DNA of 64,000 bases from Mytilus californianus (GCF_021869535.1 NW_026262745.1:68448001-68512000); one strand, 5' to 3'; shown: positions 13,701-28,700, counted from the stretch's first letter. Program-made: numbers and translations. The notes: a model not told the origin generated them from the letters alone.

Positions 13701-16700
13701 TTTACAAACGGACAATTTTAGTAGGTTTTTTATTAATCACTACAGAGCTGGTGATACCCTCTGGGAATGATAGTCCACCAGTGAAGGAATCGGCCCAGTG
13801 CTGTACAAAATTTAAACAGCACCTTATAAATTTCATGCGTTCGAAGCGTTTTTCTAGATTTACCTTCTTCAGAAACGATCAAAGCCAAACATTTGAAAGC
13901 CAAGGACGTATAAGCATAATATGTTTTCCCCCGCAAAAACAGCTGCCATATATTTGAATCTCTAAAACTTGTGACGTCAATACGAAAATTTTATTTTTAT
14001 TCGGCATCAGTATAAGCATACGCATTTAATTTACAGTGGACTTAAAAATTATTGTTCAGTTTTTTCTGCTGAAAGAGCTTAGTTATAACTTCAAAATAAA
14101 TTTAGGCGCAGGAAATAAAGTCACAATGTCAAAGCTGAATAAGAATTTCAGTCTTCATTATAGTCAATTGATCCAGTTCAAACTTTGAACGAATATTACG
14201 ATTGGGGAAATTTACAGTAAATGTCGACAACCAATGAGTAAAAAGTAAAATAACAATAAAACCAAACTCTAAGGAAAATTTAAAACAGAAAGTTCCTTAT
14301 CAAATGGCAAAATCAAAAGATCAAAGACATCAAATGAATGGAAAATAACTGTCATATTCCTGACTTGGTAGAAGCATTTCCTTATTCAGAAAGTGGTGGA
14401 TAAAATCTGGTTGTATAGCTAGCTCAACCTCTCACTTGTATAAAATTCCATTATATTCCTAACAATGTGTGAACAAAAAAAACAGACATACTAGGTACAA
14501 ATGTCAACAATAGGGGTACAGCAGTCAACATTGTGTTATAATCTTAATCACTTACTCACTATAACACAAACAAATATGTCAACAAAGAAAAACAAAATGG
14601 CATATGGACAAAGCACTTAGGCAAAAATGAAAGACAAGAATACAAAAATTGACCATAGCACAATAACATAATGACAGGATGTATACGTACCGAGCCACGC
14701 CAAAAGGATATTACCAAAAATAAACTAAACAGTAAAGGTTAATAATTTACAAAGATACATAAAAGAACACTATAACACGTAATAAAGATGTTGAAAAACG
14801 TCAGTAACTAGAATCTATACTTCAAGACCATCATGTAATATTTGTGAAGTTGATACGGAATAATTATCAACAAGGTCTTGGTATCTTCCGATGAACTTAT
14901 TTTAAAAAGGACGAGACGTTCTTTGACATAACCCTGGTTCATCCACTTTCTGCTCAGACACTGGTGACGTTTTGTGAAGTCTGAGTAGCAGCTGCAAGCT
15001 CTTAAAAACCGAATGAGTTGGGAAGTGTATATTCTATATGTAGGTGAAGTTGGTATATTGCTACTAAGGCGCGGGGGAAATTGATATTTCAAAATAAAAA
15101 TCATCTCGTTTGTCATAGATTATGGTACTGAGATGATCGCTTATGTCGTATTCGAGGTAAAAGTCTAAAATCAGGCGGAGGAAGCCATGTCCGATATTTC
15201 TTTGATTTCTAGTTCTGGAGGATATATCAATGGAACCCGACATAAAATTTTGGATTGTAAATGGAAAGAACACCATCAATATATCTGAATGTGAAATTAA
15301 ATGTTCTGGCTTCTTTCATCTTCTTGTTTTTGACAAATATTTGAAGGAACTCCCACTCATCTGAAAATAATTAATTACATACAAAAATGTCCACTTCTTT
15401 TATGCTGTCATCAATGTTTTACACAAAATTGAAAGAAAAAATAAACTTATTCTTATTACAATGTAATGAAATCATGACAATCGGATTGGTATACGTAGCT
15501 CTGACGTAGAAAATGACACTGTTTGTGCTCATGAATGTAAACGAGATCCGCAATCAACAAAATAGCGATAAATTTAAAACTAGTTACTGTATCTTATGTG
15601 TAAAAGTATCCTAAGGAATGTATTTATATTTATACATAGAAGAAACGAGTATACATTTTTTAGACAAACCATTGTTTCGGTAAATAACAAACACTGTGAA
15701 CTTCTCTTTAATTTTCAACTTTTCGTTTTTGAGAGTAAATATACCATCAGCACAAGTTTATCCCGTTTGCATAACTCCGTTGATTAGATATTCGAACTTT
15801 ACATTGGAAACCGTTTTTGAGCATAATTTTAATCTGATACATTTGCAGGAAAGAAATCTTTTAACTTTGAGATGCACAGAAAGTATACACATCTTATATG
15901 CTATTTCAAAAATGACATAATTAGGTATAGTTTTATTGTAACTAAGAAACCTTTTTTAAAGGGAATTATGATGGGAAAAGAAGACCTGTAATTTTCAGTA
16001 ACTTTGAGACATATATTTTATATGCAATCGCTTTTGGAACATTGTCGAAACTCAAATAACTTATTTCAACGAGCTGGAGTCAACACTTGCCAACATCCGT
16101 TTATTATATTTTTTTGTTTTGCACTATCAATAATACGTTTTCTGTGTAAGATCTGGTTAAACTGTTTGTCGTTTTTCTTGTTTTACTTGATACTGTCTGT
16201 TTTAATTGGACCAATGACTTTTGATTGCTGCCTTTTCGACAAATTGTGAGCTTTTCATTACTTTGTAGCAACATTTGAGCAGCGCCTACATATGTAATAC
16301 ATTTCTCTAAGTTGATACGATATTCCAGAGCCCAGTTGATACGATATTCCAGGGATTGCGTTTCCTACCATGATTTCCTTGATAGAGGGTTGATGCTCAC
16401 AAGAAAGGTATCAAATCAAGAAATTATCCGTTCGTAAATTTTACGGACGCCATCACGAGATGGTTGACCGTTATGGATTATCTGTTTCTCAGATGACGAC
16501 GGATATGTTCCAATCGTCGTAACCACAATCCCGTCCTCATTTTCTCTAAGTGTGACCTACCGAGTTAGACTTATCACCGCGTGTATATTTACATGAGCAA
16601 CACCACGGGTGCCAAATGTGGAGTAGGATCCTCTTACTCTTCCAGAGCACCTGAGATCACCCCCGGTTAATGGTGGGGTTTGTGTTGCTCGGTCGTTAGT

Positions 16701-19700
16701 TTACTGTGTTGTGTTTTCTTTATTATTATTTTTTTTTTTTTTTTTTTTTTTTTTTCGTTTTTTTTTTTGTTTTTTTTTTCTTTGTCCATTTACATATCCC
16801 TTTGGTGTCTTCCGCCTCTCTTTTTTTTTTATTGCATATACATGTAACTATTTTTCTTGAACTTAAGCACACTCATATTAAGTTTTTCTACGTGCTTTTC
16901 AGTGACAAGTTAGCTGCATATCTATACAAAGTTTTTTTAAGGTTCCCTTCTGGCTCTTTTACTGCTAATGCCAAAATTGAATTTAATTTATCACTAAGTC
17001 AATTAAGATTCCTCTGTGGTTTTTCAATTTTCAAACATGAGCTTGTCTTGCATCAGTGATTATATAAGTTTTTTTGGTCTATTTAAACATGTAAACAATC
17101 TTCAAAACTAACTAAGTTCACTCAGGTTTAGACCGTTTAAGTATATATTATGTTTAAAAACTACTACAGTAACTGTGATCATTCATAAAATGACTTACGA
17201 TTGCTATATATTCCATTGTGTTTACCTTGTTAGGATATAAGTATGTAGTTAGTGGAAATATCAACGGAAAACCATGCAATGTAGTTAGGTTTCAGCCATT
17301 CAAGTTCAAAACAGATGGAAACAGTAGATGTGTCTTCCAAAAGTCATTATGTACTGAAGAGGGTCAGGTTGATTTCAATAATGGCACAACGGTATCAGAC
17401 AGTACTTGTCGGTGTGATTTTACTAGAGGATATGCTTTTGTTTCTACACCAAAAGATCTTTGCTTCTGTGTCCCATCGAATGAGGATTGTTCATGTTTCA
17501 AGAAACCGTGTAGAGAAAATGAAATACTCACCCCTGGTATGTTTAATTATTATAAGAAACCAAACAATGTGAACCATTTGGTTGTGATTTTGAAAAGATG
17601 ATATTTGGTTTAGTTTTTTTCCCATTTTCTAAAGCACAAAATACTTGCAAGACAAGGAATTAGATTTATAATCACCTCAGTTCATACGGTAAGAATCTAA
17701 ATGCTTCCGTAAACTTTTACAGAATAGATGGCAAGCGGAGACAAATAAATACTAGTTAGTTTGCGACTACTGAGGTTGACGCGTTGGACGAACATTCTAA
17801 GAGTTTCCCTATTTTTAACGACACTATATCAATAAAATGCTTTGAGAACATTATACATTTTTACCACTCTTAGTAAAGATTAAGAGGAAAACCAAGAACG
17901 TTTCTTAAAATGAAACAAAAATACTTCTTGTAGTTTTCAGTGAAACAATTGAAACCTAGTGCATGTAATGAAAACAGGAAAAGTTATCATAAATCACAGT
18001 ATAACAACTTTTCTATTACGTCTTATATCCGTTACCAAGGCAAAACAATATTTGTGAAAATATTGTTTGATCTAGTTTTATCAGACCTTTTCAACCTCGG
18101 CACTGACTAATGTCCCCTACAGTTTATAGGGGAAATTCGGTTATCGTTTCAAAATAAATATCATTCAGGAATAACATTACATAATCTATACAGCTTGCTG
18201 TTCGGTGTGAGCCAAGGCTTCGTGTTGAAGGCCGTACTTTTACCTATAATGGTTTACTTTTACAAATTGTGACTTGGATGGAGAATTGTCTCATTGACAC
18301 TCATACCACAACTTCTTATATCTATATATTTGCGGAATAAGAATATTATTTAGAAGGAGAAAGAGACGTATATCGAGCAAATGGTTTGTTGCAGATTTGT
18401 TTACTATTTTCCTTTCTTTTCTCTCATCACATAGCACATAACTCATTTTTTTAATTTCTTTTAAATGTTTTGTAGAAAGGGAGACAAAAGATACGAAAAG
18501 GATATTAAAACTTAAAAGTTGATGACAAATTGACAACGCCATTACAAAACAAAAGAACCAAAAAACTAACAACAGTACACACTAACCCACCAAACAATGG
18601 GGGTGATCTGAGGTGCTCCAGAAGGGTAAGCGGATCTACTTCCACTCCACATTTGGCACCTATCGTGTTACTCGTGGTTGCTTAGTACAAATTCGGTACT
18701 AAGTCTAGTTTGGTGGTGTCACATACGACACAATGTATGAGGACAATAGAACATGATCATGGCTACGACAATTGAACAAACCCTTCGTCATTTGTGAAAC
18801 AGTTATTCAAGAATGGTAAACCAACTCGTAAGGACTTTGCGAAATATATAATGTAATGTGACTGTCCGTCTGTCGCATATTGTCAAAACTGTAGATCTTG
18901 TGTTTCTAAACCGATCTTCACCACAGTTGATGTGCACATTCATTATATTAAGGAGTAAAAGCTTATTGAGTTGAAAGATATTTACAAGTGTGGTTAGAAA
19001 TATGAAATATAGCTAAAATCATGCGAACAAGCCCTTTAAATAAACTTATAAATTGATATATTTCCAAGGATCGCCAATTAAAGCGTTTCCGCGTATGTCC
19101 AATGTGACCCTTTTAATGTGTATCACTTTTAAATAACGAGCAAAAAAGCACAAATTTAGTTTATGTTTTTTCTTTATGGTGTTTTTATTTAAACAATATT
19201 TATTCAGATAAAGCATCACAGAATGATATAATACAATTGGAATTAATATTTAGGATTCAGAAACAAGCAAATTTGCTTTTACAAATCTGTCTCCTATGAT
19301 GTTATTTAGATATTAATTAATTCACACTTCAACTATTTCTAAGATATAATCTTTACTTGGCTATTAATCTCCTTATTTTCATAAAGACAACAAAAATTGA
19401 TAAAACGCAACCTGTTGTTATCCCCTGAAAATTTTGACGAAAGAACAACGTGAACATAAACGTTTACAACTGCATACCCGTGCGCATTGAACCATAGATA
19501 AATAAATTATTTTTTATTACAACATCAATGTGTTTTTGTTTTTGTTTGGGTTTTTTTTTTTTACATTTTCCTCGAATTCAAAAAAAACAGTTAATTTACA
19601 ATATGACGTCAGATGCTGATGTCAGTGTACATGACGTTATTGGGTATGACAGGTATTAAACAATAATACTTGTTAGTTAAGTACCTGGTTATTTCTGACC

Positions 19701-22700
19701 ATTGAAACCAAAATCCTCTTGAACAAAATTGCCAAAATCCATTGTGATCGTTTTATCTTATGAGGGAAAATAAAAATTTGGAAAATACAATATTTCCACG
19801 ATTCGGATCCTATTATATATAGATGTATTCGTATACTAGCATCTAAAGATACATACTAATTATTTGCAGATTATGAATGCGTAGAAACAGATCATCTGAT
19901 TGGTGGTTTCGCCTGTCCCGTAATAAGGAAGCAAAGGTAAATTAACGTGACTGTTAACAACAAATTTGAACATATTTGAACATTAAACTTCTACACATAA
20001 CTAATATTATATTGTTATGATTATATGAAGACAATAATATTTGTTCCAAAACAAGTATATTTCTAAACTTCAAATGTTGATAAAAAAAACATGGTTACAT
20101 GTAGTCCGCTGTTTACGATTCAAACCAGGGTTTTCGGTGTTCAAAACTATATTGACCCCGTCGCATGAGTTTCCCTGGTTTACTCTTATACCTCTCATTC
20201 AGTATAATTATAATTGAAACACTTTATCATTTAAAACTTCATTATTGGTATATAATTTTCTTTTTGTTTTGCAGGCTACCTGATATTTCTTTAAAGACTG
20301 AAAATGATATTACAAAAGTTGTGCACCGAGGTCAGTTAGCAAATACACGTTGTCTATATTTTCATTTTTTCCCTTCTTTAAGCTTTTGAATAGTGTTCAT
20401 GTGGTGTTAAAGATTCATAGAACAGGCATATACACTGGATTTGCATACGACTAGAGTGTTTTCATCAATGTTGATCGCTTTAATACGTGCATTAATCATA
20501 ATACCAGGCAAAAAAATCACGGACTGTTAGCATTATAAAAATAAGAAGATATAGTATAATTGCCAAAGAGACAAGTCCTCACCAGACATTGGGGTGTATG
20601 TAGATGAATAATTAATTGAAAGTACTAACACGTGCATATTGTTAAGCTAACACATGCATATTGTTCGTTTTGTTCCTCTTTTTTTTAAATCTCAAAATCT
20701 CAAAAGTATTATGGCGTTAATATTCATGGACTCTAAAAAGGAAAATTTTCAGTTAATTTTAATAATAAAAGAATTCGCTAACGCAAGTAAACATCGTTAT
20801 CATATATACTCTTCACTTGAAATTCCATATTTTTTTGACATAATAATTGAAAATGGGCCGATAATATAAAAGAATACGCATACAGAAAGGACACCGCCAA
20901 ATCGTTTACATTAAGATTAAAATTGTTTGGACGTGCAGCATTCAAAGGAAAGTCGTTTCCAATACCAAAATGTAACATAAAAATGAAAATTTAATTTCAG
21001 TGATGATTTTCATTGATTTATTAATATTAAAAACTTTTAATTTCTGTTCAAAACATTGAACATGTTTAATCACAATGTGTATGTTTCAGTTGCATTCTTT
21101 GAAGATGATATTAAAAAATGAGATTAACATAATATTGAATTATTGCTACTATTTTGTGTGAACATATTTTAGTCAGAAATTATGTGCAAAAGAATCGGAC
21201 GAAAGTTTTGCAACTTACAAAGGACTTGTTCAGTTATTAAACGCATAAAAATACACACGCATCAGCAATAGAAATATAAAGAAATCTTCTAAATGTAAGA
21301 ACAAACAAAATCAATTGTATGAACTAAAAATGAAGTGAATAATCATACCGAATGATTGAGTTGTCTACTGAAGTATATTTCAGAAAAAAAAAAGAAAAAT
21401 GGCAATCAAAGTATCAAAAAATCAAACAGCAAAGCAAAAAAAAACAACAAGGAAACACAAGGATATTTACCATGGCCTCACACTGTACGAACAAAAATTG
21501 AATTCAAAAGATTGGTAACTGCACATACGTGTCATGTCTACATCATGATTGTCAATAGACATGTATAGTTTAAAATGTTTAAGGGTGCACCTTTCCTATG
21601 CAGAACGGTTGGTACGAAACATCTGTATATGATAAAAAAAAAAGATACATATCATGAGTGCTAAAACGACTGACATATCGATCTGTTTATTCTTCTAGAA
21701 GCATAAAGTTATATTCAGTTTCAGTTTACTGTGTATTGCTCCATGCTTAGTTTTCTGGATCTATTGTCTGCTTTTTAAAAATTTAGATTTTTCACATATT
21801 GAATGCTAGCAAAATCATGTCATGTTCTGTTGGTTAAACTTGTTTTTATGCCATGATTTATATCATTTTGCCTTTTCAGGAACTATACGTATACCAGAAA
21901 GAAAGAACATAGTTTTTTGTATTCCTTATTTGTAAGTAAAACCCGTTAGTGTTCCAATATTCAGTTTGATCAAATTTAAACGTACACATGTATTGATAAA
22001 AAAGATCGGTTGACATAATCGTATCTCAGCTATTCTGGGACGTATTCACAATGATGTTCTTTGGTGAATTGAGAAAAATAGAATATTAATATGTTCAATA
22101 AACTTTAAGTATAGATAATTTTGGCTTATTTTAATATCAAACTGTCAAGCCATTGAGTAAATACTTCAAATCAAAGACGTCATCATTCAATGTGACCGCC
22201 ACTACATTAACATGTTGACCAACGTAGACATGTTTTTCCGTTTTTTTAGGTACGACTATTTAAAAAATGTAACTTTAAAATTAAATTAATATTTGATTAT
22301 TTTTGTTCATATCAGCTCAGATACACGTATTTGTCTTAAATAAACGCAATTCGAATCTAAACTTTGATTGAATTATCACAACTTGTATTGTCATTGGCAT
22401 TGTAGCACATTTCATTTCGTTTAAACTCTAGACACATATTGATGAAGTCAGAAAAATATCCAACTGTCAGCGAACGCATGATTATACAAAAGTGTAGACA
22501 GTCCATCAAAGAATCGAACACAAAAATAAAACGGAACTAAGCGTTTTAAATCTTATCAATTCGTTAAATAATTTGAAATAAATAATTATATGACACTGTC
22601 ATGTATGTGTCACAAGAATACAGGAAGCGGTAGCAAAAGAGGAAACAGCATTTATATGGATTTATGGTCCCACTTTAAGAAAATTGCAGCCGTAATGCCT

Positions 22701-25700
22701 GAACACGCTATTAAGTTGATACAAGACTTTTAGTTATCAATTTTAAATGATTTAAGTATGAAATGAAAAAGAACATCAACAGGGATACCATAGATACGTG
22801 ATTTCAATAATAATGAGTTCGTTGTTGGACTCCTTCATCTTTTTAGGATATCCTTAAAAAGTAATGCCCTGGAAAAATGTTGCTTCCATTTGTATAGAGA
22901 TGTTTTATATATTGATATAACAGATAAGAGATTTGTGTTTTCGTTATAACATCAGTGTTAAAGAGTGAAAAAAGATATCAAAGGGACATTCAAACTCATT
23001 AACCGAAACTTACCGAAAATTCAATGGCATCAAAATGAAAAACGATCAAAAGTCAAACAACAGTATACAAAACACAACATAGAAATCCAAAGACTGAGCG
23101 ACACAAATCCAAGCAAACATTGGGGTTAAATTAGTTATTAAATGCTTTTCAGGTAAATAGTGCTTACTATGATAGTTAACACCATTGCACATTGTTTGTT
23201 AAAATATTACTGTTAATGACTTCAAAATATAATGTGTATGGGACCAATACTTATTGCATATCAATGTACGATCAAAACAAACTCTTGTAACACCTATCTG
23301 AGGGATCCATTGAAGCTCTATTAGAAGGCTACCTTTCTGCCTCTAAGAAACACATCCTTATTTTGTAGTGGCATTCCAAAAATCCTGTTCTTGTGTCATG
23401 TCAATGTTCATTGCAGAACCTATCTACTGTATTAATTGTTTCAATAATCCCGTTCTAAATATTTGCCACGTTCAGCAAGCAACACTTATCAATCAATTAA
23501 AATGATTAATATATTTGTCTAGAATGTGTCTGATTAATAATTGATCAAAGCGTTATCAGTGGTTTAGGATATTAAAAATGAAAATTCTAATGCAATTATT
23601 TTTATCAATGGTTCTGATTGGATGACGGTACGCGTAAAATTCTCTATCTCCCTGTCTGTAACTAAGGAATCCGACATTTTGAATTCCGGAATGTGTTGTC
23701 ATGTATTTTCTCCAATAATAACCGGTAGCTTTACGGTCGGAAATATCCATTTACCTGTCTCCGCTATGCCTCGCCAGGTAAACTCAATTTGCGATAGTAA
23801 AACTACCAATGGATGTCCGCAAAGCTTCAAATACAATGCAGTTATCTGTAAATTATTCTTGATTAATTTCAAATTACGTTTATGTAGTAATGAGTTCAAA
23901 TGAAATAATACATTTTGTCTATCTTGCCAGTATAGATCTTTACTTGGAAACTTATTTTAATGACCATTTATTAATAGTGGCGTTCATTTCGCTGAACTAG
24001 TATACATTAGTGTTGAGGGGCCAATTTACGCCTGCCTCTTGGTGAGGGATATTCTCGTTACGTTGGCCACCCATTGTTGGCTTTAAGCTGTTTTCTACTC
24101 TTTTGTCGGGTTGTTGTCCCTTTGAAACATTCCCCGTTTTCATTCTTTATAATATCAATGAAAAAAATTAAACAAATGAAACAAATATAAAAAAAATTGC
24201 ACCTCTTGTTCTTCGTATAAATGGATTTACTTTCACCCTCAGATTCACTGAAACAGTTCCTTTATTACTAATGAAAAAGTAAAATAACAAAAATACCGAA
24301 CTCCAAGGGGTTAAAACGGAAAGTTCTTTATAAAATGGCAATATCAAAAGCTCAAACACATCTGACGAATGGAAAACAACTGTCATATTCATGACTTGGT
24401 ACAGGCATTTCCTTATGTAGAAAATGGTGGATTAAACCTGATTTTATAGCTAGCTAAACCTCTCACTTTTATGACAGTCGCATAGAATTCCATTATATTG
24501 ACAACAATGTGTGAGCAAAACAAACAGATATAATAGGTGAAACGTCAAAACTTGCGCTACAGCAGTCAACATTGTAATATAATTTTAATCACTATAAAAA
24601 CACATATCTATTTCAACAAAGAAACCCAAAATTGCAAATAGACAAAGTACATAAGCAAACATGAAACACAAGAACTGAAAATTTACCATAGCACAATAAC
24701 ACAATGGCGAGATGTATAAGTACTGATCCACGTCATAATTATGTAACCAAAAATGGATAAATTGTAAGGTTAAAAATATCCATGGACAAATTGAATGAAT
24801 TTACAATTATATTATATGAGTGGTCCCTATGCTTTGTTTTTAACCATAAAAACACAGAAAATATTGTAAAGAAATGTCAAAAACCAATTTCTAAATACAT
24901 TTAATATTTTTTTTCATGTTAATAACATGTAATTTTTTTTTATTTCAGTTACAATAGTCGTGACTATAATTTTGATGTTTTGCGTTCAAATCGTTGGTTA
25001 TTGTAGTAAGTTTTCATTTTATTTCATTATCTAAATGGCCATCTGTTTCAATTGAAAAAAAAAGTCATATTGGCTGAGGTTTACATATATACATGTTGAC
25101 ATTTGATCGACTTAATTTTTACTCCATATCAAACTCTTTATCTAGGCGAAATATAATTTTGAATAGTTAACGACAACCCTCGTCGAATACTTATTCATGT
25201 TATTTGAATCTATTGCATTTCCAAAAGTCTGTTTTATTAACCAATTTACAACATGAAATGGAACTTCATACTAAGCATTATTAGTTATCCGAATTTGATA
25301 ACTTTGAACTCAATTTGAAAATACTAATAAAGAAAAAAACATAAACTTAAAAAAGATAAATTTTGTTAAATGAGTATCCGTCCATGGTTATGTGTGCATC
25401 AAGCGCCTGAGAATCCAGACTCATCAAAATGTCAGGATAGAACACAATAAATAAATTCACAGATCAGACGATTTTATATTCTCTATTTTAGGATATATGA
25501 CACCACAAATATGTGTCCTTTGAGTTTAGACACCAGTACGTCATGTCGTATCAGTCAATTATGTCTTGACGCTAAAAAGTATTAATTTATTTGCTTCTTC
25601 TATAACTAAAATCAGTGACATAGTATTGTTGGTGGAGGAATATGGACTCTGCATTCATAGTTGGCTGTGCAAGATAACATATATTTGGATTTACTGAAGT

Positions 25701-28700
25701 CGACCTTAAACAGTGACATGGAATGATATTTTATAGCCAGATTTTGTATTTTCAGAACCACCAAAGAACTATGTTCTTCGATATAGTTTGATTAATGTTT
25801 GCATGGACTTATTTCTGTTGTCCACATATATAAAACTTCTTTAGTTCACTGATTTGGATAAAAAGAGAAGACTCTATTTAGTAAATGTCCACAGGGCCTG
25901 CATGTTGAGTCTATATATCCCAGTTGATTTCATAGTTCAGGTTTTGTATTCCTTACAAGAAGTCATGCTTTCGAATTTTGTACAGACGCCCTTATTAATA
26001 ATTTCACACTTATAGAATGTCCGAAAAAAAAATAATCATGGATATGTTCCAATTATTTAAGCCACAATTTCCTTTTTCTCCTCTGAATTTGACATTACCA
26101 AAAGCGACTTATATCCGATTTTTTTTTTATTTACCATGACATGCATGAGCGTCGCTATACACACCAGAGAAGACGCAAATTACGCAAATGGCTATAAGAA
26201 TCGAGTTTGATTAGGTTCTCAATAGATTTGTATTAGACTATTTGAATTTTTATATTTTATTCATTAAATATGTAAGAGGTAACTGTATTATATTTAAAGA
26301 TTTGCGGACGTCCTTTTGCATTTTTACTTTCGCAAATTGAGTTTACCTGGCGACGCGTAGCAAATACAGGTAAATGGATATTTAAGAAAGTAAATCTACC
26401 AATGGACGTCCGAAAAGCGTTAAATACGATACATTTATCTCTATTCTAAAGCAAAATAAACAAATCATTTAATTTAAGTCATAATTTCGGTGTAAAATTC
26501 TCATTTAACGAAATTTCCGCGAAACTAGGTTAGTTCATATGTATTCTTCCTGTATCACACTAACACACCAAGCTTTTCTGCCTTCTTGTACGTCTCAAAA
26601 TGTTATATAACTTGATAAAAAAAAGATTTCAAGTTAGGTCACCAACAGCGAGATAGAGTATTTTACTCTGATTGTCATCCAATCAGAACCGTGTATACAA
26701 AATAATTGCATTCGAATTATTTATAAAAGTCACGTTTGATATTATTGATAACTTTAATTTTTACTTCAAGAATTAATTAATTGAAACTGCAAATTGATAG
26801 TAAGCGCAATTGATATGGTGCGTAGCAAAGCTTATTACAACCACTAATTCCCGTATAACAGGAAATAAATCTTTTGGTGCAAGACAAGGATGTCAGTTGC
26901 AAATTATTTACAGACAATGAGAAAAAAATTCAAACGTTTTTACGATACCAACAATCATTACATTGAGATTTTATATCATATTATTTATTTATACAGAAGC
27001 TAACTTGTATACTGAGTATGTACTAGTATATGAACTGACGAATTTTTAAGAAGTGAACGCTAATGTGATTGCATTTTATAATAACACCTCCATGAGTAAG
27101 GGCAAAAACAGTTCACGGGGACTCGGTGCTTGAGTGGACTAAGTATTCATCTACTGTTTTATTTGTATTTTAAAACTGACGTTGTGCGTTCGAACCTAGC
27201 ACTTGGTAGGTGCGTTCGACTTTATTCTTACAAGTCTTAATTGTCAGTTTTCCTGACGGAGGATGGTGGTTCTCTCTGGGCGCTCCTGTTTTTTTTCTGC
27301 GAATAAAAACTAACGGTATATAACCAATAGTGCCGACAGGTGACGTTATACACAAACAATCATTCCATCAATCAATATTTGAATTACGCAAAGAAGTCAA
27401 GTGTTATTGGAAAATGCTAATTAGTTATATGTAAAACACAAAATTGATGTATCAGAAAACACTCCATAAGCCCGGCAACCAACAACCGACTCATGTGGTA
27501 AAATAGACGTACACACAAAGACAAACAACAATATTAACAAGGAACAAAACATGCTCCAGACAGACCAGGTTGTTTGTTTAACCAATTGATCATGCTCACA
27601 ATTATTAACGTTTTTTCAGCCGACCCGATTTTATTTGTCTGCGTCCTATCATATTCAATTTAAAAAGTAAGACACATCTGTTTAGTTTGAAACATCAATT
27701 TAAAACTTTTTAGGAAAGTTCGTAAGGATGAATAAAATCATCAAAGACCAAGTTGAAGACGGCATCCAGATATATATAAAGGGTATGTTATTGATATATG
27801 ATTATACGTTTTATTGTTATATAACAAGTGCATGCATATCTTATTATCATTATGGTAGTATTATTTTTTATGAAGGAATGAAGGTTATTTAATCATTGTT
27901 GCTTTTCGTTGACTTAAAGACACTTATGTATTGTTCAATATACATTCAGTATAAATACATCCAACAAATGAGAATAAATATGAAAATATAATATTGGTAC
28001 GGGTTTTTTTTCTTAAATATCGCGGTGTATCGTGGTTCAAAATATATTGCTGTTTATTTGTTTTCATTTCATTGCTGTTTAAGTCTGTATAACTTCAAAA
28101 CAATGGTATAGTGCACTTTTTTATTGCTTCTTTATACCAAATATGACATACCTAATAGAACAACCCGTAATCGGATGGATATTAAAGCGAAAACATTTCA
28201 ACGCGTATAAAAATGATAAATTGAAAAAAATACAGGGTTAGGGGGTGCCCGCCAACATGTTTACTAATAACCTTGCCACATTCTGTATGTGCCTGTTTCA
28301 AGTCAGGATCCTGTAATTTAGTTGTTGTCGTTTGTTGTTTTATATCAAATTCGTTTTTTGTTCATTGTTTTGTACATAATTCAGGCTGTAACGTTTCTCG
28401 TTGAATTGTTTTAAAGTTATCTTCGGGGCCTTTTATAGCTGACTATGCGGTATGGGTTTTGCTCATTGTTGAAGGCTATACGGTGAGCTATAGTTGTTAA
28501 CTTCTTTGTCATTTGCTTTCGGTGGAGAGTTGTCTCATTGGCAATCATACCACGTCTTCTTATGTTTATATTTGATACAATTCGGAAGTTGCACAACCTT
28601 AATTTTTAGCAGAATCAGATAATTTCAACTTTCATACAAAAAACTGTTGTATCAAAATATCGTGACTGGATATGTGTCAGGTATGTATTGGAATAATTTG

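Noticed and set aside
16706-17059. 117-aa hydrophobic ORF (poly-Phe)
   Set aside because: Translation of the poly-T tail of a retroelement copy.
25756-25785. Possible extra 30-nt phase 1-1 exon (KPPKNYVLRY) after the TM exon
   Set aside because: The acceptor is plausible but the donor (GTTTGA) is weak, and the model does not need it.
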